Below, one piece after another: positions 38,333-50,257 of a stretch of DNA of 64,000 nt (positions are counted from its first letter, which is position 1; each line of letters starts with the position of its first letter). Both the position numbers and the translations under genes were made by a program. The notes beneath the pieces were generated by a model, which was not told the origin of the DNA, did no database searches, and was given only the letters and a program-made list of their open reading frames with translations. The DNA comes from Mayamaea pseudoterrestris (lineage: Eukaryota): positions 62,001 to 126,000 of the forward strand of contig BROI01000039.1 in assembly GCA_027923505.1 (NCBI GenBank). The letters are read 5' to 3'.

Positions 38333-38531
38333 AGTAGTTGTCATGAGTCCCGGGAAAATCAAAGTTTTTGGCACTGTAAGCTCAACAGTAGTCATGAGTC
38401 ATTGAAAATCGAAGTTTTTGGCACTGTACGCTTAACAGTAGTTGTCATGAGTCCCGGGAAAATCAAAGTTAATGGCACTGTAAGCTCAACAGTAGTCATG
38501 AGTCATTGAAAATCAAAGTTTTGGCACTGTT
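38333..38531. repeat. ~50/54-bp tandem repeat (4 units arranged as a 104-bp dimer)
   Basis: GTCATGAGTC...GAAAATCAAAGTTTTTGGCACTGT repeated four times, alternating CCGG and ATT variants. Confidence 0.85.
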
Positions 38532-38800
38532 TTCCACATAGTACTTAGCTGTACTGTTTGAAACCTTCATCCAAATCGCGACATTGATTGCGACCATGGA
38601 GGAAGGCAGCGTTTGTTACCTGAAATAACAGTGGCAAAAGAAGACACTATTCAAGGGAGGTTGATGCAAGACTGTTCATCACAACGTTGACTGCAAATTA
38701 GTCGCTAATGTTTGTTTAGTTCAAGCTCTATCATTCAAACAGCGACCGTTCGAGTCCGAGGACGAACATCAATCAGTCATCATTCACCCATCGTTTTGTA

Positions 38801-39693
38801 ATGTCCAAGGTCCTGCTGCGACAGTCCAAAATAGCACCCAAACTAATCTACGAAGCTTGCCATGACACGCGCGTTGTTCAAGTCTGGACGACTCCGTGCA
38901 TTGTGACTCGGTTCGGCAAGCCAAATGGCTGCTGCTCCATTCTTGTCAATCCATCCAATCCAGAGCTTTCCGGGTGTCGAAATTTCCCGTACTTTCCCAA
39001 GGGAGGTCCAGTGCCGGCAAAGGTGGATTCCATGCACAAGGATTGGCAGCCGCTTGGTATGTAATGCTATTTGTGACAGTGTGGACGAACTGCGCGTTGA
39101 CGTATGTGTCAGCTAACGCTCACTTTGCGCTTGTCCATCGACTACTGCAATAAACAGGCTTTGTCTCACAATGGGGAGGCATGGAGGTAGGCAGTGGCAT
39201 GCTGTTTCCCGTTTCCGTGGTTGACGGCTTGGTCCATCAACTGGGTGGATGGACTTTGCAGGCGGAAATTGCAGTCAAGCGTCTGGTGAACTCTCAGCCT
39301 TGCCCTGTTGGAAGGGCATGTCGCACCACTGCCGGCCAAGGCAAACTACGAGACGAATACGATGAAATAATACATACGACTCCTCCCTTTTACAAGCATG
39401 ACAAGTCACCGGAGCAAATGCTGTCAAGTTGCTACGAGTCGGCGCTCCGCCTGGCGTTTGAACACCAAGAGACTGACATGGGCGTTGCGATTCCGTTACT
39501 TGGCGCAGGTGCCAGAGGATTTCCTACAAATATTGCCATTGATGTTGCAGCCAAGTCTGCTGTCGCATGGTGCAGGTCTGACAACAAGAAATTCGCGAGC
39601 AGGAGTTCAACGCAGAGGATTGCGTTTGGACTGCTCGAAGACGACGACGCGAAAGCATTGTCCGAAGCCATAGATCTGGAATTGAAAGGATGA
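38801..39693 (+). CDS. Macro-domain (ADP-ribose binding/hydrolase) protein, 2 exons (intron ~39057-39158)
   Basis: ILVNPSNPEL, VDGLVHQLGG, IIHTTPP, LSSCYESALRLA and VAIPLLGAGARGFP motifs. Confidence 0.8.
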
Positions 39694-39953
39694 TGGGTTT
39701 TTGAACCAGGTACATCTACTGATGTCTAGCTCCCGTTGCAACATTTGCGACGTGGAGTTTTAACGATCAGTTCGGACCATGCGACGAAGATCTATCGAAG
39801 GGCAAGATCATTATTATACTGACTGATAAATGCAATAGTATTGGACAATGGCTGGTCACGTACCAAAATTAAAGCTCTGACCGCAGCAACGATAGATACG
39901 ACATGGAATAAGTAGCTTATATTAAATGCCCTAGCTTACATTTGATACTGCAT

Positions 39954-41643
39954 CTATGCCTTGACGGAAACCCAATCTTCTCGCAGCACTGGCATGTAGT
40001 ATGTTGGACCCCGACACCAATCCAAACCTTCCAAATCGGCGCAAACATTCTTGACAGCCTGCAACGGAACCTTTTCGGTAATGAGGACGAATGCAGCATC
40101 ATCTCGTCGAGTGACTGGATTTTGAAGAATTGAATGAATGGAAACGTTGTGTCGCTCACATATCTCTCCACATTGTCTCGTGATGCCAACTTGATCGCGA
40201 TACTTGATGCGAATGTAAAAGACGGAATCGTAATTATTGACAAAAATTGTGTCCGTCGAAACTGGATTGAAGGGTGCAGGATTCGCGTCGCCTTTTGTCA
40301 ATGAAACAAGATCGTTGACGCAGCTATTGGCAGTCGGGTATCGACCGGCTCCTTGTCCAATGTAGGTGGTTGATTGCAGGTTGGCGGAAATGACTTCAAC
40401 AGCATTGGTGGCTCCATTCACCGAGGCCAATGCGTCGTTACCAGTCACGTAACAGGGCGATACAAAGGCTGCCACCTTGTTTCCTGGCAGCTTCTTGGCC
40501 ACACCAATTAGTTTCAACGTCCCACCCATCATTTTGGCATACTCGAAATCAAGCTTGGTGAGCTCCGTGATTCCCCGACACGAAATTTCTTCCTCGTCGA
40601 CTTCAACCCCGTACGCCAGTCGCATCAATATACGCAACTTGCTTCTGGCGTCAAAGCCACCTACGTCCAACGTTGGATCTGCTTCGGCGTATCCAAGTCG
40701 CGCAGCCTCCGCCAATGCCTCGTCATACGATTTACCAAATTGGTCCATTTCCGTGAGCATAAAGTTGGTGCATCCGTTGATAATTCCCGAAAGCATGGAA
40801 ATGTCATCACCGACAAAGTCCGTCTGCATGGAACGAATGACAGGAATGCCTCCACAGACGGCAGCCTCGTACCGAAACTCGACAGGCTTTTCGTTGGCTG
40901 CCAGTCTCTTTTGATTAACTTGTTCCAGTAACGCTTGAATCTCGGGCAAATGCTTAGCAATGAGCGCCTTATTGGCCGTGACAACGTCCTTTCCGTTGCG
41001 AATAGCAGTTTCCACAATCGTCTTGGCATCCGTCACACCGCCCATGACTTCCACGACAATGTCAATGGAGTCATCCTGCAAAATGTCGCTGTACGAGTCG
41101 GTGACGGTCACGCCGTCGGGTAGCGTAAAGTCGCGCTCCTTGGACTTGTCGCGTACGCAGAGCGAAACAATCTCCATGCTGTTGCCACCCGTCAAGACGC
41201 GAAAGTGATCCTGTTTTCGTTGGAGAATCTCAACAATTCCTCCACCGACGGTTCCTGCGTGTGCAAAAACAAGGGTTTAGCGGTGAGTTATTGTAATTTA
41301 TGACATTCGGGTGAGATAGTAGTGACATGGCGATTGGCGATGGAGTGGCTGAATATGAAATCGAATCCAGATGTTACATTCGTCCGTATTGAACATGCTG
41401 ATATTTGGCACGCATGTATCAATCAAGTCATTCATTCCTTGGTAAGCCAAAGATACTCCATATGTAGTAAGTATTGCACTCACCGCCTCCAAAGATTCCA
41501 ATTCGTCGCGTCGTGGCCGACAAGACTGTCGATGACGATGACGATGCTCGTTGGCTCAACACTGGCGCAAAAGCAACTGCTCCATTCCTTAGAAAAACAG
41601 TCGATAGCAACAGCGACATGCTTCTTCTGATAGCTCTAGTCAT
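39954..41643 (-). CDS. hom: Homoserine dehydrogenase with C-terminal ACT domain, plastid-targeted (intron 41483-41255)
   Basis: VAFAP presequence; IGIFGG|GTVGGG, VVTANKA, YEAAVCGGIP, GIINGCTNF, GYAEADPTLDVGGFD and GQGAG. Confidence 0.93.
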
Positions 41644-41944
41644 GGTAAGGTTGCTAATCAAGCTCGACACGAAACAAGTCCTTGATTCGACGTTGCACAA
41701 CAAAGAATGATGGCCGATTTGTTTGTGCGGCTGTCACATCATCATCGCGGCTGTCGTAACGGTACTAGGACGAACCTCAACGTCTCGAAAACGCGACTGC
41801 TTTCGGCCATGGCCGCATAAATGTTCGCAAGTGATCGACTTGCGCAGAGAACGCAACAAGCTGCTGCATACACATTGCTCATTACTCGCAGTGAAACAAG
41901 GTTTGCTGTTTTCACGAAAAGAATACTTAGAGACTCCGGAAAAC

Positions 41945-43168
41945 ATGGCTGACAAGGGCAAACTCCAAAAACCAGCAGCATCACCATCACCACAAGACTC
42001 ATCGTCATCATACGTTCCTCGTCAATCCAACCGCGTCGCTGCTAATCAAACACCATTATCCGACGGCGACGTTTGGAACGAATGCTTGTCGGTCTGCGAG
42101 GGAGCCACGCCCAGCGGAGCGCCCAAACTCATGGTGCGCAGCTACTTTCGCAACCAGCGCACCCAACAAAAGGTCTGGGACGAGCCTCCGAGTGGCGCCA
42201 GCAGCGTCAAATTCGCCAGTAGCGACAAGCGCGCCAAGGCGCAGGCGAAACTCAACGAACTGCAAACGACGTTGGATATGATTCCGCCGGATTCTGATGA
42301 GAATGAACAAGGGTGGAAGCAAGTTCAGCATACTCTGCCGAGTAGCAACAAGAAGGAGACCAAGGGAGGCTTCTTTCGGAAATTGATCAAGAAGAAGGAA
42401 AAGCCAATTTACCAAATTAATGAGTCGCAAGATATCAACTTGCAGCGAGCCATTGCGCAGAGCATGGTGGACTTTCATGGGCACCCTTCCACGAGCAATG
42501 TTGACGACGAGCCCATCGTACTATTCGACACGGAGAGTTCAACGCCATTACGCGCCGGACGAGGCAAATCATCACGGCCTGCAGCGGAAGATGATGACTT
42601 GGAGCTGGCCAAGGCTCTTTCCATGTCGCACGGTGGTGTAAATAATTTGAGCGAGGAGGAACAGTTGCTCATGGCGCTGGAGCAGAGCCGCATCGAAGCA
42701 GAACAAGGAATGGAACCGACAAGCGTTGCTGCAGCCGCAAGGTCGACGGAGCTTGAAGATCTTGTCGACTATTCAGAGTTTGAAGCAGTTGGTCCAGCCA
42801 TTGCTCCCTCGTTTTCAGACGACGACTTGGATCGCAAAATGCCGGCTGTGGAGCGAGTCAACCCGTTCGAATCACCGCCACCATCGCCATCCAAGATTGC
42901 AACCTTTGATCCATACTATTCACCCACGTCGCTGGGAAGCCAGCAGGAAGCCACTTTTAAGTCACCGCCGCCGCCAAGTGCAGCTGACATCGAATCACTC
43001 TCCTTGCCTCCGACCGAGGCTGACCTCTTGTCAATGGAGACGCTGCAACAACAGGAGCCTGCCAAACATGAAAAGGAGCAGCAGACGAACAAGCCCAAGC
43101 GAAACGTTGGTCGCATGTTTGCCGGTGGCCGGCGCAAGGCAATCGAGGACGAAGCAGGAGTTGTGTAA
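41945..43168 (+). CDS. Protein with a WW-like motif and ubiquitin-interacting motifs
   Basis: SYFRNQRTQQKVWDEPP; UIM-like EDDDLELAKALSM, EEEQLLMALEQS and QDINLQRAIAQSM. Confidence 0.7.
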   Translation: MADKGKLQKPAASPSPQDSSSSYVPRQSNRVAANQTPLSDGDVWNECLSVCEGATPSGAPKLMVRSYFRNQRTQQKVWDEPPSGASSVKFASSDKRAKAQAKLNELQTTLDMIPPDSDENEQGWKQVQHTLPSSNKKETKGGFFRKLIKKKEKPIYQINESQDINLQRAIAQSMVDFHGHPSTSNVDDEPIVLFDTESSTPLRAGRGKSSRPAAEDDDLELAKALSMSHGGVNNLSEEEQLLMALEQSRIEAEQGMEPTSVAAAARSTELEDLVDYSEFEAVGPAIAPSFSDDDLDRKMPAVERVNPFESPPPSPSKIATFDPYYSPTSLGSQQEATFKSPPPPSAADIESLSLPPTEADLLSMETLQQQEPAKHEKEQQTNKPKRNVGRMFAGGRRKAIEDEAGVV

Positions 43169-43246
43169 TAAAAGATATATATTTTACTTTATCTGAACGA
43201 TAACCATAGTTGCCCGGGGCGGCCACGCGGGTGGCATGCCAGTCTT

Positions 43247-43556
43247 GCAAGCGCTGCCTCTCCATAGCGAAAGGAGTTCAAAGAACCTTGCAGCGCTTGC
43301 GAAAAATGCAGCAAAGACAGAAATGATCTTTCGTTCGACAATGGGCATTGGTGAAGATCATGCTGTCGTGCAAGTAATAAGGCAACGCTCTAGCACGCAA
43401 AGTAACTGATGTCATTCCATTCTAGCAAGCGCACGCCCCTCCGCAACGAAAGGAGTTCGAAGAACCTTGCAGCGCTTGCGAAATGCTGCAAAGCCAGGAA
43501 CGATGTTTCGTTCGACAATGTGCATTGATAAATTCTTGTTGTCGTGCTTAGTAATG
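43247..43556. repeat. Diverged direct-repeat pair (~135 bp, spacing ~178) with conserved hairpins; possible structured ncRNA
   Basis: GCAAGCGC...CTCC..GGAG GTTC..GAAC..GCGCTTGC...TTCGTTCGACAATG..CATTG...TGTCGTGC..GTAAT at about 43247-43380 and 43425-43556. Confidence 0.7.
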
Positions 43557-43953
43557 ATAAGGTGACGCTAGTAAGCAAAGTGACTTTGATCTCTGTCTGG
43601 AGGAAAAGTAATGCCTAAGGTACATCAAGTGAACTGAAATTTACCAGTAGTTTGCATTGTGGAGTTGACATAGGCGGAAGTTGAGAGAATCTCCCCCAAT
43701 GCTTAGAATACAGCATCGATATGCGGAGCGTATATAGCTGTAAAGATTATCACGACCACACACAGCCACGAGAGCTAAAGGATTCAAAGAGTTGATAGTG
43801 AGTGAACTGATAGCTCGCCCAGCTACCCTGCGGCAAGGCAATTTTGGCACCCGCGCGGCTTCTTTGCCATGGCGGACAGGATGAGGGTGAGAAATAACTC
43901 ACCAGATTTACAAAGTTGCTTGTCCATGATTTCAAATCATTCTGAAAAAGACC

Positions 43954-45378
43954 ATGACGAATCCACGAGCTTCCGTTATGGAATGTGAAGACTTTGTAGA
44001 ACACAGTGGCGCCAAAGGTCGTGGCATTTTACTCGCTGCAGGCGAAGCTGAATATTCTGCTCCAACCACTGTAACTGCAATCAGTGACTTGACAAATCGC
44101 AATTATGTTAATTTAAGCTGGTCCCATAAAGTAGCTCGAAAAGGCGCTGCAGGATTAAGTGAAGATGCTTCGTTTGATGCTCTGTTTACCGCAAAACCAG
44201 AAAACCTATTGGCTCTACCACATGACAAAGACCCACTGAATGAGAGTAATGGTCGTATTTGTTACAAGTGTCAGAATTGCCTGGGCTATTCCAACTCCCT
44301 CATCCTGGTTCCTTGCGGTCACGTCTTTCACGAAAAATGTGTGAAGGTGCCGCAGCGGGCACATGCGGCAGACGCTGGGGCTTGCCCTGCATGTTGCGCA
44401 CTCTTCACGAGCAGCAATCGCATTTTTCTCAATCAAAACTGTCCAGTTTGTCTCGAGGGAGAATGGTTGTCACGAAAGTGCACTTGTTTTAGTCCATGCG
44501 GTCACGTATTGCATAACAAATGCCACAAAACGACGCTCTCGCACGGCCTGCGTAATTGCCCATTGTGCAACCAAAACATCTCCTCTACTACTAAAGCGTT
44601 CCTAAAACACGATATCGATGCAGAAGCAGAAGAGCTGATGTTATCTATCAGGCGCTCCAGCGAAGTTGTCGACATAGAACATGCGCTCGCGAACATCGTC
44701 GAGTTTGTACATTTACATGATCCACGCGAGCAACGGACAGAGACTGCGCAGTTAGTGCGTCGATCTTCTGCAATAAGTAGGGCGGGAGGCGTTGAGGTCA
44801 TTCTCGGGACCATTCATGCTCTCGCGGATGGGCTACTGCGTCGGTGTTTTGCAATATCAACGGCGGGAGGTGTAGAAGTGATTCTTGATACCATTCATGC
44901 GCTCGAGGACTGGTCAGATGCAAAGAACTATGCACTTTCCGTTCTAGCTAGATTATGTTTCTCCAGTGACGACAGTAAACGTGAATTTTTGCGCTACGGC
45001 GGTATGTCTATGCTTATTGAACGTTTTGATATGGGTGGGATTTCAGCGGAGTTTGCAGCTTACGCAACACATTACCTTATTCGATTGCGCTCGACGCATG
45101 AGTCATTTGTTGCTTTAGGAGGAATCAAGCACGTCGCAGCTGCCATGCGACGAGTTATTGACGATGCGGAGCTTCAATACTCTGGGTGCTACATCATCTT
45201 TTATCTATCGTCAAATTCTGACTACCTTGAGGAACTCGAGAAAGAAGGTTGCTTCTCACTCGCGGCCATGGCGTACGAGACTTATCCAAACTATTTACGT
45301 ATGAAATATCGATTCGCTATTGTTATGAAACGTTACAAGGCTTTCATTGCATCGAGTAAGAGTAAAGAGTCCCTCTGA
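43954..45378 (+). CDS. Double RING-finger protein with an ARM-like helical C-terminus (putative E3 ligase)
   Basis: CQNC...PCGHVFHEKC...CPAC and CPVC...PCGHVLHNKC...CPLC. The ARM-like segment AGGVEVIL.TIHAL is tandemly duplicated. Confidence 0.8.
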   Translation: MTNPRASVMECEDFVEHSGAKGRGILLAAGEAEYSAPTTVTAISDLTNRNYVNLSWSHKVARKGAAGLSEDASFDALFTAKPENLLALPHDKDPLNESNGRICYKCQNCLGYSNSLILVPCGHVFHEKCVKVPQRAHAADAGACPACCALFTSSNRIFLNQNCPVCLEGEWLSRKCTCFSPCGHVLHNKCHKTTLSHGLRNCPLCNQNISSTTKAFLKHDIDAEAEELMLSIRRSSEVVDIEHALANIVEFVHLHDPREQRTETAQLVRRSSAISRAGGVEVILGTIHALADGLLRRCFAISTAGGVEVILDTIHALEDWSDAKNYALSVLARLCFSSDDSKREFLRYGGMSMLIERFDMGGISAEFAAYATHYLIRLRSTHESFVALGGIKHVAAAMRRVIDDAELQYSGCYIIFYLSSNSDYLEELEKEGCFSLAAMAYETYPNYLRMKYRFAIVMKRYKAFIASSKSKESL

Positions 45379-45537
45379 TTCTTAATATGCGCAGGTCGCG
45401 GGCGCGAACGAATCAGCGCAAGCCATGGTCCTTCCTTTTCTAGTTCAACACAATCCGTTGCCCAGATACAAGTTTTTAATGTTAGCAATGACTAGAAAAC
45501 TGTACACTATATTGTAATAAGTGACCTCGCACAATTG

Positions 45538-46728
45538 CTAGTTTAATCGTTCAATGACAATGGCCGAAGCGCCTCCACCTCCATTACAAATGCTGGCGCA
45601 TCCAATCGTCGCGTCCTTTTGGTTAAGCACGTTGTACAAATTCCCTACAATGCGAGCGCCACTCATCCCAATGGGATGCCCAAGAGCCACTGCTCCTCCA
45701 AAGACGTTTACCTTGGTTGGATCAAGGTTCATGAGCTTCATATTCGCAATCGCCACGACGCTAAACGCTTCGTTAATTTCGTGATAGTCCACATTCTCCG
45801 CTTGCACTCCGGCATGCTGGAGCGCCACCGGCACCGCCAAGGATGGCGTCGTGGTAAAGTCAACGGGAGCCTGCGCCGCGTCGCCGTAGCCCAAAATGCG
45901 GGCCAGCGGCTGCATGTTGCGCGCCATGGCTTCGCTCTCCGTCATGAGAACGAGCGCGGAAGCTCCATCGTTCAACGAACTGGCATTGGCAGCCGTGACA
46001 GTACCTTGCTTGCGATCAAAAGCTGGTTGAATTGTTGCTATTCGGTCCATTTTGACATTGGACGGCTCCTCATCCGTGTCGACAACCAAAGCATCACCCT
46101 TGCGCTGCGGAACAGATACAGGAACAATATCGGTAAAGGCTCCATCTTGAATCGCCTGTTGCGCGCGCCGATACGATTCCACGGCATGTTCATCCTGCTC
46201 CTCCCTTGATATGGAGTAGTCCTTGCTGCACTTTTCGGCGCACATTCCCATGTGCTGCTCATTGTAAATGTCGTACAAGCCGTCGTGCACCAGGCCATCA
46301 ATGAGACTAGCGTTTCCGAGTGGAAATCCATTGCGTGAATTCATGAGATAGTGTGGAATGTTGGACATGCTTTCAAAGCCACCGGCCAGCATGGCGTAGT
46401 TGGCATTTTGAGGAGCGGCGCACTGGAGCGACTGCGCCGCCAGCATGATGGACTTCATGCCCGACGCACACACCTTGTTGACAGTGGTACAAATGGTAGT
46501 TTCCGGCAAGCCCGCATATATTACAGCCTGACGAGCTGGCGCTTGGCCCATGCCAGCCGAAACAACATTCCCTAGAAAGGCTTCCTTGATCAGTAAATCG
46601 TTTGGCAGCTTGGATACTGCTCCCTTGATGGCAGCCGCGCCAAGCTCGGAGCCCTTGAGCGAACTCAGTGAACCACGGAACTTGGCAATGGGAGTTCTGG
46701 CAATGCTGACAATCACAATGTTTGTCAT
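45538..46728 (-). CDS. Acetyl-CoA C-acetyltransferase (thiolase II)
   Basis: TVNKVCASGMK, HEINEAF, GGAVALGHPIGMSGARI and CNGGGG. Confidence 0.95.
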   Translation of the reverse strand: MTNIVIVSIARTPIAKFRGSLSSLKGSELGAAAIKGAVSKLPNDLLIKEAFLGNVVSAGMGQAPARQAVIYAGLPETTICTTVNKVCASGMKSIMLAAQSLQCAAPQNANYAMLAGGFESMSNIPHYLMNSRNGFPLGNASLIDGLVHDGLYDIYNEQHMGMCAEKCSKDYSISREEQDEHAVESYRRAQQAIQDGAFTDIVPVSVPQRKGDALVVDTDEEPSNVKMDRIATIQPAFDRKQGTVTAANASSLNDGASALVLMTESEAMARNMQPLARILGYGDAAQAPVDFTTTPSLAVPVALQHAGVQAENVDYHEINEAFSVVAIANMKLMNLDPTKVNVFGGAVALGHPIGMSGARIVGNLYNVLNQKDATIGCASICNGGGGASAIVIERLN

Positions 46729-47096
46729 GCTGAAAGTCTCGTAGCTGTAAATGGATTGTGAAGTTGACGAAACGTTTTCGTTTCACAGTCTCAAGTGTCA
46801 TGGTCGCGTGACGCGCGGCGACGCCCTGTCGCATCGCAACAGACACATTCTGGTCGCATCGGTAATGACATCGCGCGACTCGGCGGCCAGTCGCCACCAT
46901 GGAGGAAGCGTTCGACAAGAGTCAGTCTGATTCCGGAACGATCAAGCGATTTATTCTCTTTGCTTGAGCTCAGTAACTCAGTAAATCACATTGATCCACC
47001 AATTCGCATACCAAGAACCATAAAGTCCTGGAGTATAAGCTTTTCTTTTTGTTTTTGCCACCAAAAACAACAATCAATTGAACAACAACAGCAACA

Positions 47097-48047
47097 ATGG
47101 CTCCTCCAAGCGTTTCATCACCAGTGACTACGCCTTACTCGAGTCAATATATAAGTTCTGCGTTGAAAGGTAATGGCGGTGAAAAGGCCAAGACTGTCAG
47201 AATACAAGAATCGCAAGCAGATGAAGCGCATCAGCAACAAGGAACGAACAACAATTCTACGAAACGAGCGACAGCAACGACTGCTTTTAATAGTCCAACT
47301 TCTACTCCAGCTGCTACCCTGCCAACATCAAATGTCGCTCCGTTGCTTCCATCATCAGCACTATATGGAGGAGCCAGCAGTTTATACGGCGGCGCCAACA
47401 TGGGAATGTATGGTGGCGGCTACGGAGGTGGCGGCGCCTACAACCCCATGTTGATGGGAGGAGGCATGTACAGCGGCGGCTACGGCGCCATGAACATGCT
47501 GGGAGGTCCATTAAACACACTGAATCAAGTCTTGTTCAGCGTGCAGACGGTCGTCTTTTCGCTTGGCCAGGCGGTGCAAATTATTGGCATGAACACGCAG
47601 GCAATCAAGCAATTATTTGAATCATTGACGGGCATGTTTGACCACATTGTCGCCGCCGTGCAGGAACTGCAGGCACTGGAGCAGCAACAACGAGACAACA
47701 TGACGGAGCAACAACTGAAACGGAAACGAAGGTTGCAAATGCTGCGATGGACCCTTGCGACGGCTGTCAGTTATAGTGCCTACAGGCTTGTTCGACGAAT
47801 GTTTGGTCGACGACGAGACGATGCAATGCAACGACTTACAATGGGCAATGGCGGGAGCTACGGTGATCCATCGGGAGCGCTGCCAAATTTCAATACTCAG
47901 TATGGGAATGCTGGATACGGCAACGGTTCATACAATGGTTATGGAGGCATGAATCATCCACCGTATTCATCGTCTGGAATGTTGCCGCACCAATCGTCCT
48001 ACGGCGGCTACAATGGCAACTACGGACAAGGTGGAGGCTACTACTAG
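47097..48047 (+). CDS. PEX13: Peroxin 13-like (plant-type, no SH3 domain)
   Basis: YG-rich N-terminal tract followed by an amphipathic helix VQTVVFSLGQAVQIIGMNTQAIKQLFESLTGMFD (NTQA motif) and a TM-like segment. Confidence 0.7.
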   Translation: MAPPSVSSPVTTPYSSQYISSALKGNGGEKAKTVRIQESQADEAHQQQGTNNNSTKRATATTAFNSPTSTPAATLPTSNVAPLLPSSALYGGASSLYGGANMGMYGGGYGGGGAYNPMLMGGGMYSGGYGAMNMLGGPLNTLNQVLFSVQTVVFSLGQAVQIIGMNTQAIKQLFESLTGMFDHIVAAVQELQALEQQQRDNMTEQQLKRKRRLQMLRWTLATAVSYSAYRLVRRMFGRRRDDAMQRLTMGNGGSYGDPSGALPNFNTQYGNAGYGNGSYNGYGGMNHPPYSSSGMLPHQSSYGGYNGNYGQGGGYY

Positions 48048-48133
48048 CGTTAACCATGTAAAACATTCTATATTATGTCTTTTAAAAGCATTTACATTGT
48101 TTCGATTCGACATTCCCAATAGTCGAAGCTTGT

Positions 48134-50257
48134 TTAAAGATCCACTGTATCATGCAAATTATACGTTCGTCGAGCGTTCCTCGGAATATCGCTCGCTCGC
48201 TGTGGATTGGTTGGTATAAAGGTGACGCCCCGTTGCCGCTTGAGCTCGCACGATTCGCAGTGCGGCGATGAGCACCAGTGGTGATCGGCATGTTGAATGC
48301 GATCCTGCGAGTCCACCTCTATGTTTTCATCCTCGTTCATAAAGTCCTCGTCAAATGTACGGTCCAGTCGATTGTTGTTTTTAACTCTTGACGCTGCATA
48401 GACCGGTTGCACTTCAACTCCGTCGCCATTGTTCGAGTAGTCCGATGTCAGAATGGAGTCATCTTCGCCTACTACATGCGCCATGCGCTTTTGCTGATAC
48501 GGAGTGCTGCTGTAAGCACTGGAACTATGCAGCATGCTTTCGTCCTCCTCGTCATCGGTATTGGCCGCCTTGAGCAAGCTATTGTCTTCGCGGAAGCGCC
48601 TGCCGCGGCGGTTCGCGGCAAAGACGGACGCCAGCACCACCACCAGCACGCTCAAGGTGACAGCCACGGCGGCGCCAGCGGAAATGCCACCCGCGCCAGG
48701 TTCCACGTTGCTTGGTCCCTGAATGCCCGACGTGCCGTCATCGTCGTTGGTATCGTCATCGCGACCCGATGCATCGTCATTATTGTCAAGGTCATCGTCG
48801 TTGGACGAGTCTCCGCCACCTTCCTGAACCGGTGGCGTACCATAAACACTCTTCGTCGCCAGTGAGCTCACAACGTCATTGCCTTGCACGTCAAGATTGG
48901 CGCTCATAATGGCCGTCTCGAGCGAGTTGGGAAAGCCGCTCAAATTGCCGACAGAATTGTCGTAATAAGCAGTGACGCGACTCCTTGTCGTGACGCAAAC
49001 AGTCTTGCCGTCGGATGCAATTCCAAACTCGCTGCACTCGTCTGTGGGCGCAGTAGTGAAAAGAGAGAATCGTGTGAGTTTAGAATGGGATGCGAATCTA
49101 AAACGACATCGTTTCATTCAATTGAATCACTTACTAAACTCATCCACTTGCAGCGACCCAAAGACAACGTTAACAATCGTAGCTTCCTCCTGCGAGTCTG
49201 TATTCTGCAGGTACCGCAGTCGCCGGCGTCCATTGCTATTGTTTCTATCACTATTTTCGTCGCTTGCGGCGTCACTACAATTAGTCAATGTGGGTGCCAC
49301 TTGCGTCTGCAGCGCCAGTCGCAACTCGTCCAAGACTTGCTCGACGGATGCCGTGGACGACACCGCCAAGCCAAGCTGCAAGTCAAAGGTGGTTGACGAG
49401 GACGAAGCGGAGCTGCTAACAAACGTTTCATCCGCCACTTTGTCGCAGGCAGTCTTTGGTGTAGCCGTGGGACGACTCGTTGGGGATGCACTTGGTCTAC
49501 CGGTACGCGTCGTCGGTTCCTTGCTTGGAGCAAACGTTGCTTCCGCTTCGGCTCTACCCGCAGTTGGAGCTACTGTTGATGTTTCAAAAACACTTGGTGT
49601 CGGAAAGGGAGTCGTCATTGTTGGAGTAGTCATGGAAGGTGCCATGACTGGTGGCGTGGTGTAACTCGACGCTGCAGTTGGTGCAGGTGTGCCGTCGCCT
49701 TGAAGTCCAGGTGATATTGTAGGTTCGCCGCGTCCAATGAGTGTACTGTCGTCGTCATCGGCATTTACTTCGGGAACACTTGTTCCATCAGTGCCGCCTC
49801 CTCCAGTTCCATCAGTCTTTCCTTCATTATTGTCTGGAGGAGGAGGCGGCGGTGGAAGCGGTCTACTCCCGGCCGATCCGCTGCTACTGGAGATTTCGCG
49901 ACAAAGTCGAGGCGGCGGCCCCTTCTTCTTGGACGCCTTTGCTTGCTTGAGTGAAGCTCCTTTGAGTTGCTTGACGCAATCAGTTGTCAAAGGAGGCGTT
50001 CCCTTGGGCGGTGCAGCTGCTTGAAAGGCGCGACTCAGTACTTGCAGCGGATTCTGTGGAGTGGCAATGACGACCTCATTATTGTCAACGTGAAGTTTAC
50101 GACTAAATTGTTCGTGTTCGTCGTCTTGTCGGGAATAGTCATGGCGTACTATTGCATCGACCGATGTTACTGATAGTTGTTGAGGTTCGCCGCTTGCATT
50201 GAGCGAGTTCCATGATAGAAGAAGCAACCCGAGTAATTGCAGAGATTGTCGCATCAT
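48134..50257 (-). CDS. Type I membrane/cell-surface protein (signal peptide, Pro/Thr-rich stalk, single TM), intron 49134-49042
   Basis: Signal peptide, PT-rich region, RRRLR processing-like motif, TM AGAAVAVTLSVLVVVLASVFAA followed by NRRGRR, and a C-terminal H.C.S..C..C motif. Confidence 0.75.

Noticed and set aside
41723..41944. N-terminal extension of the 481-aa ORF
   Set aside because: It starts at a non-ATG codon. The first ATG in a good context is at 41945.
45538..48047. Peroxisomal gene pair (thiolase divergent from PEX13)
   Set aside because: The thiolase ends ...ERLN, has no PTS1 or N-terminal extension, and looks like a biosynthetic type. No functional link is supported.
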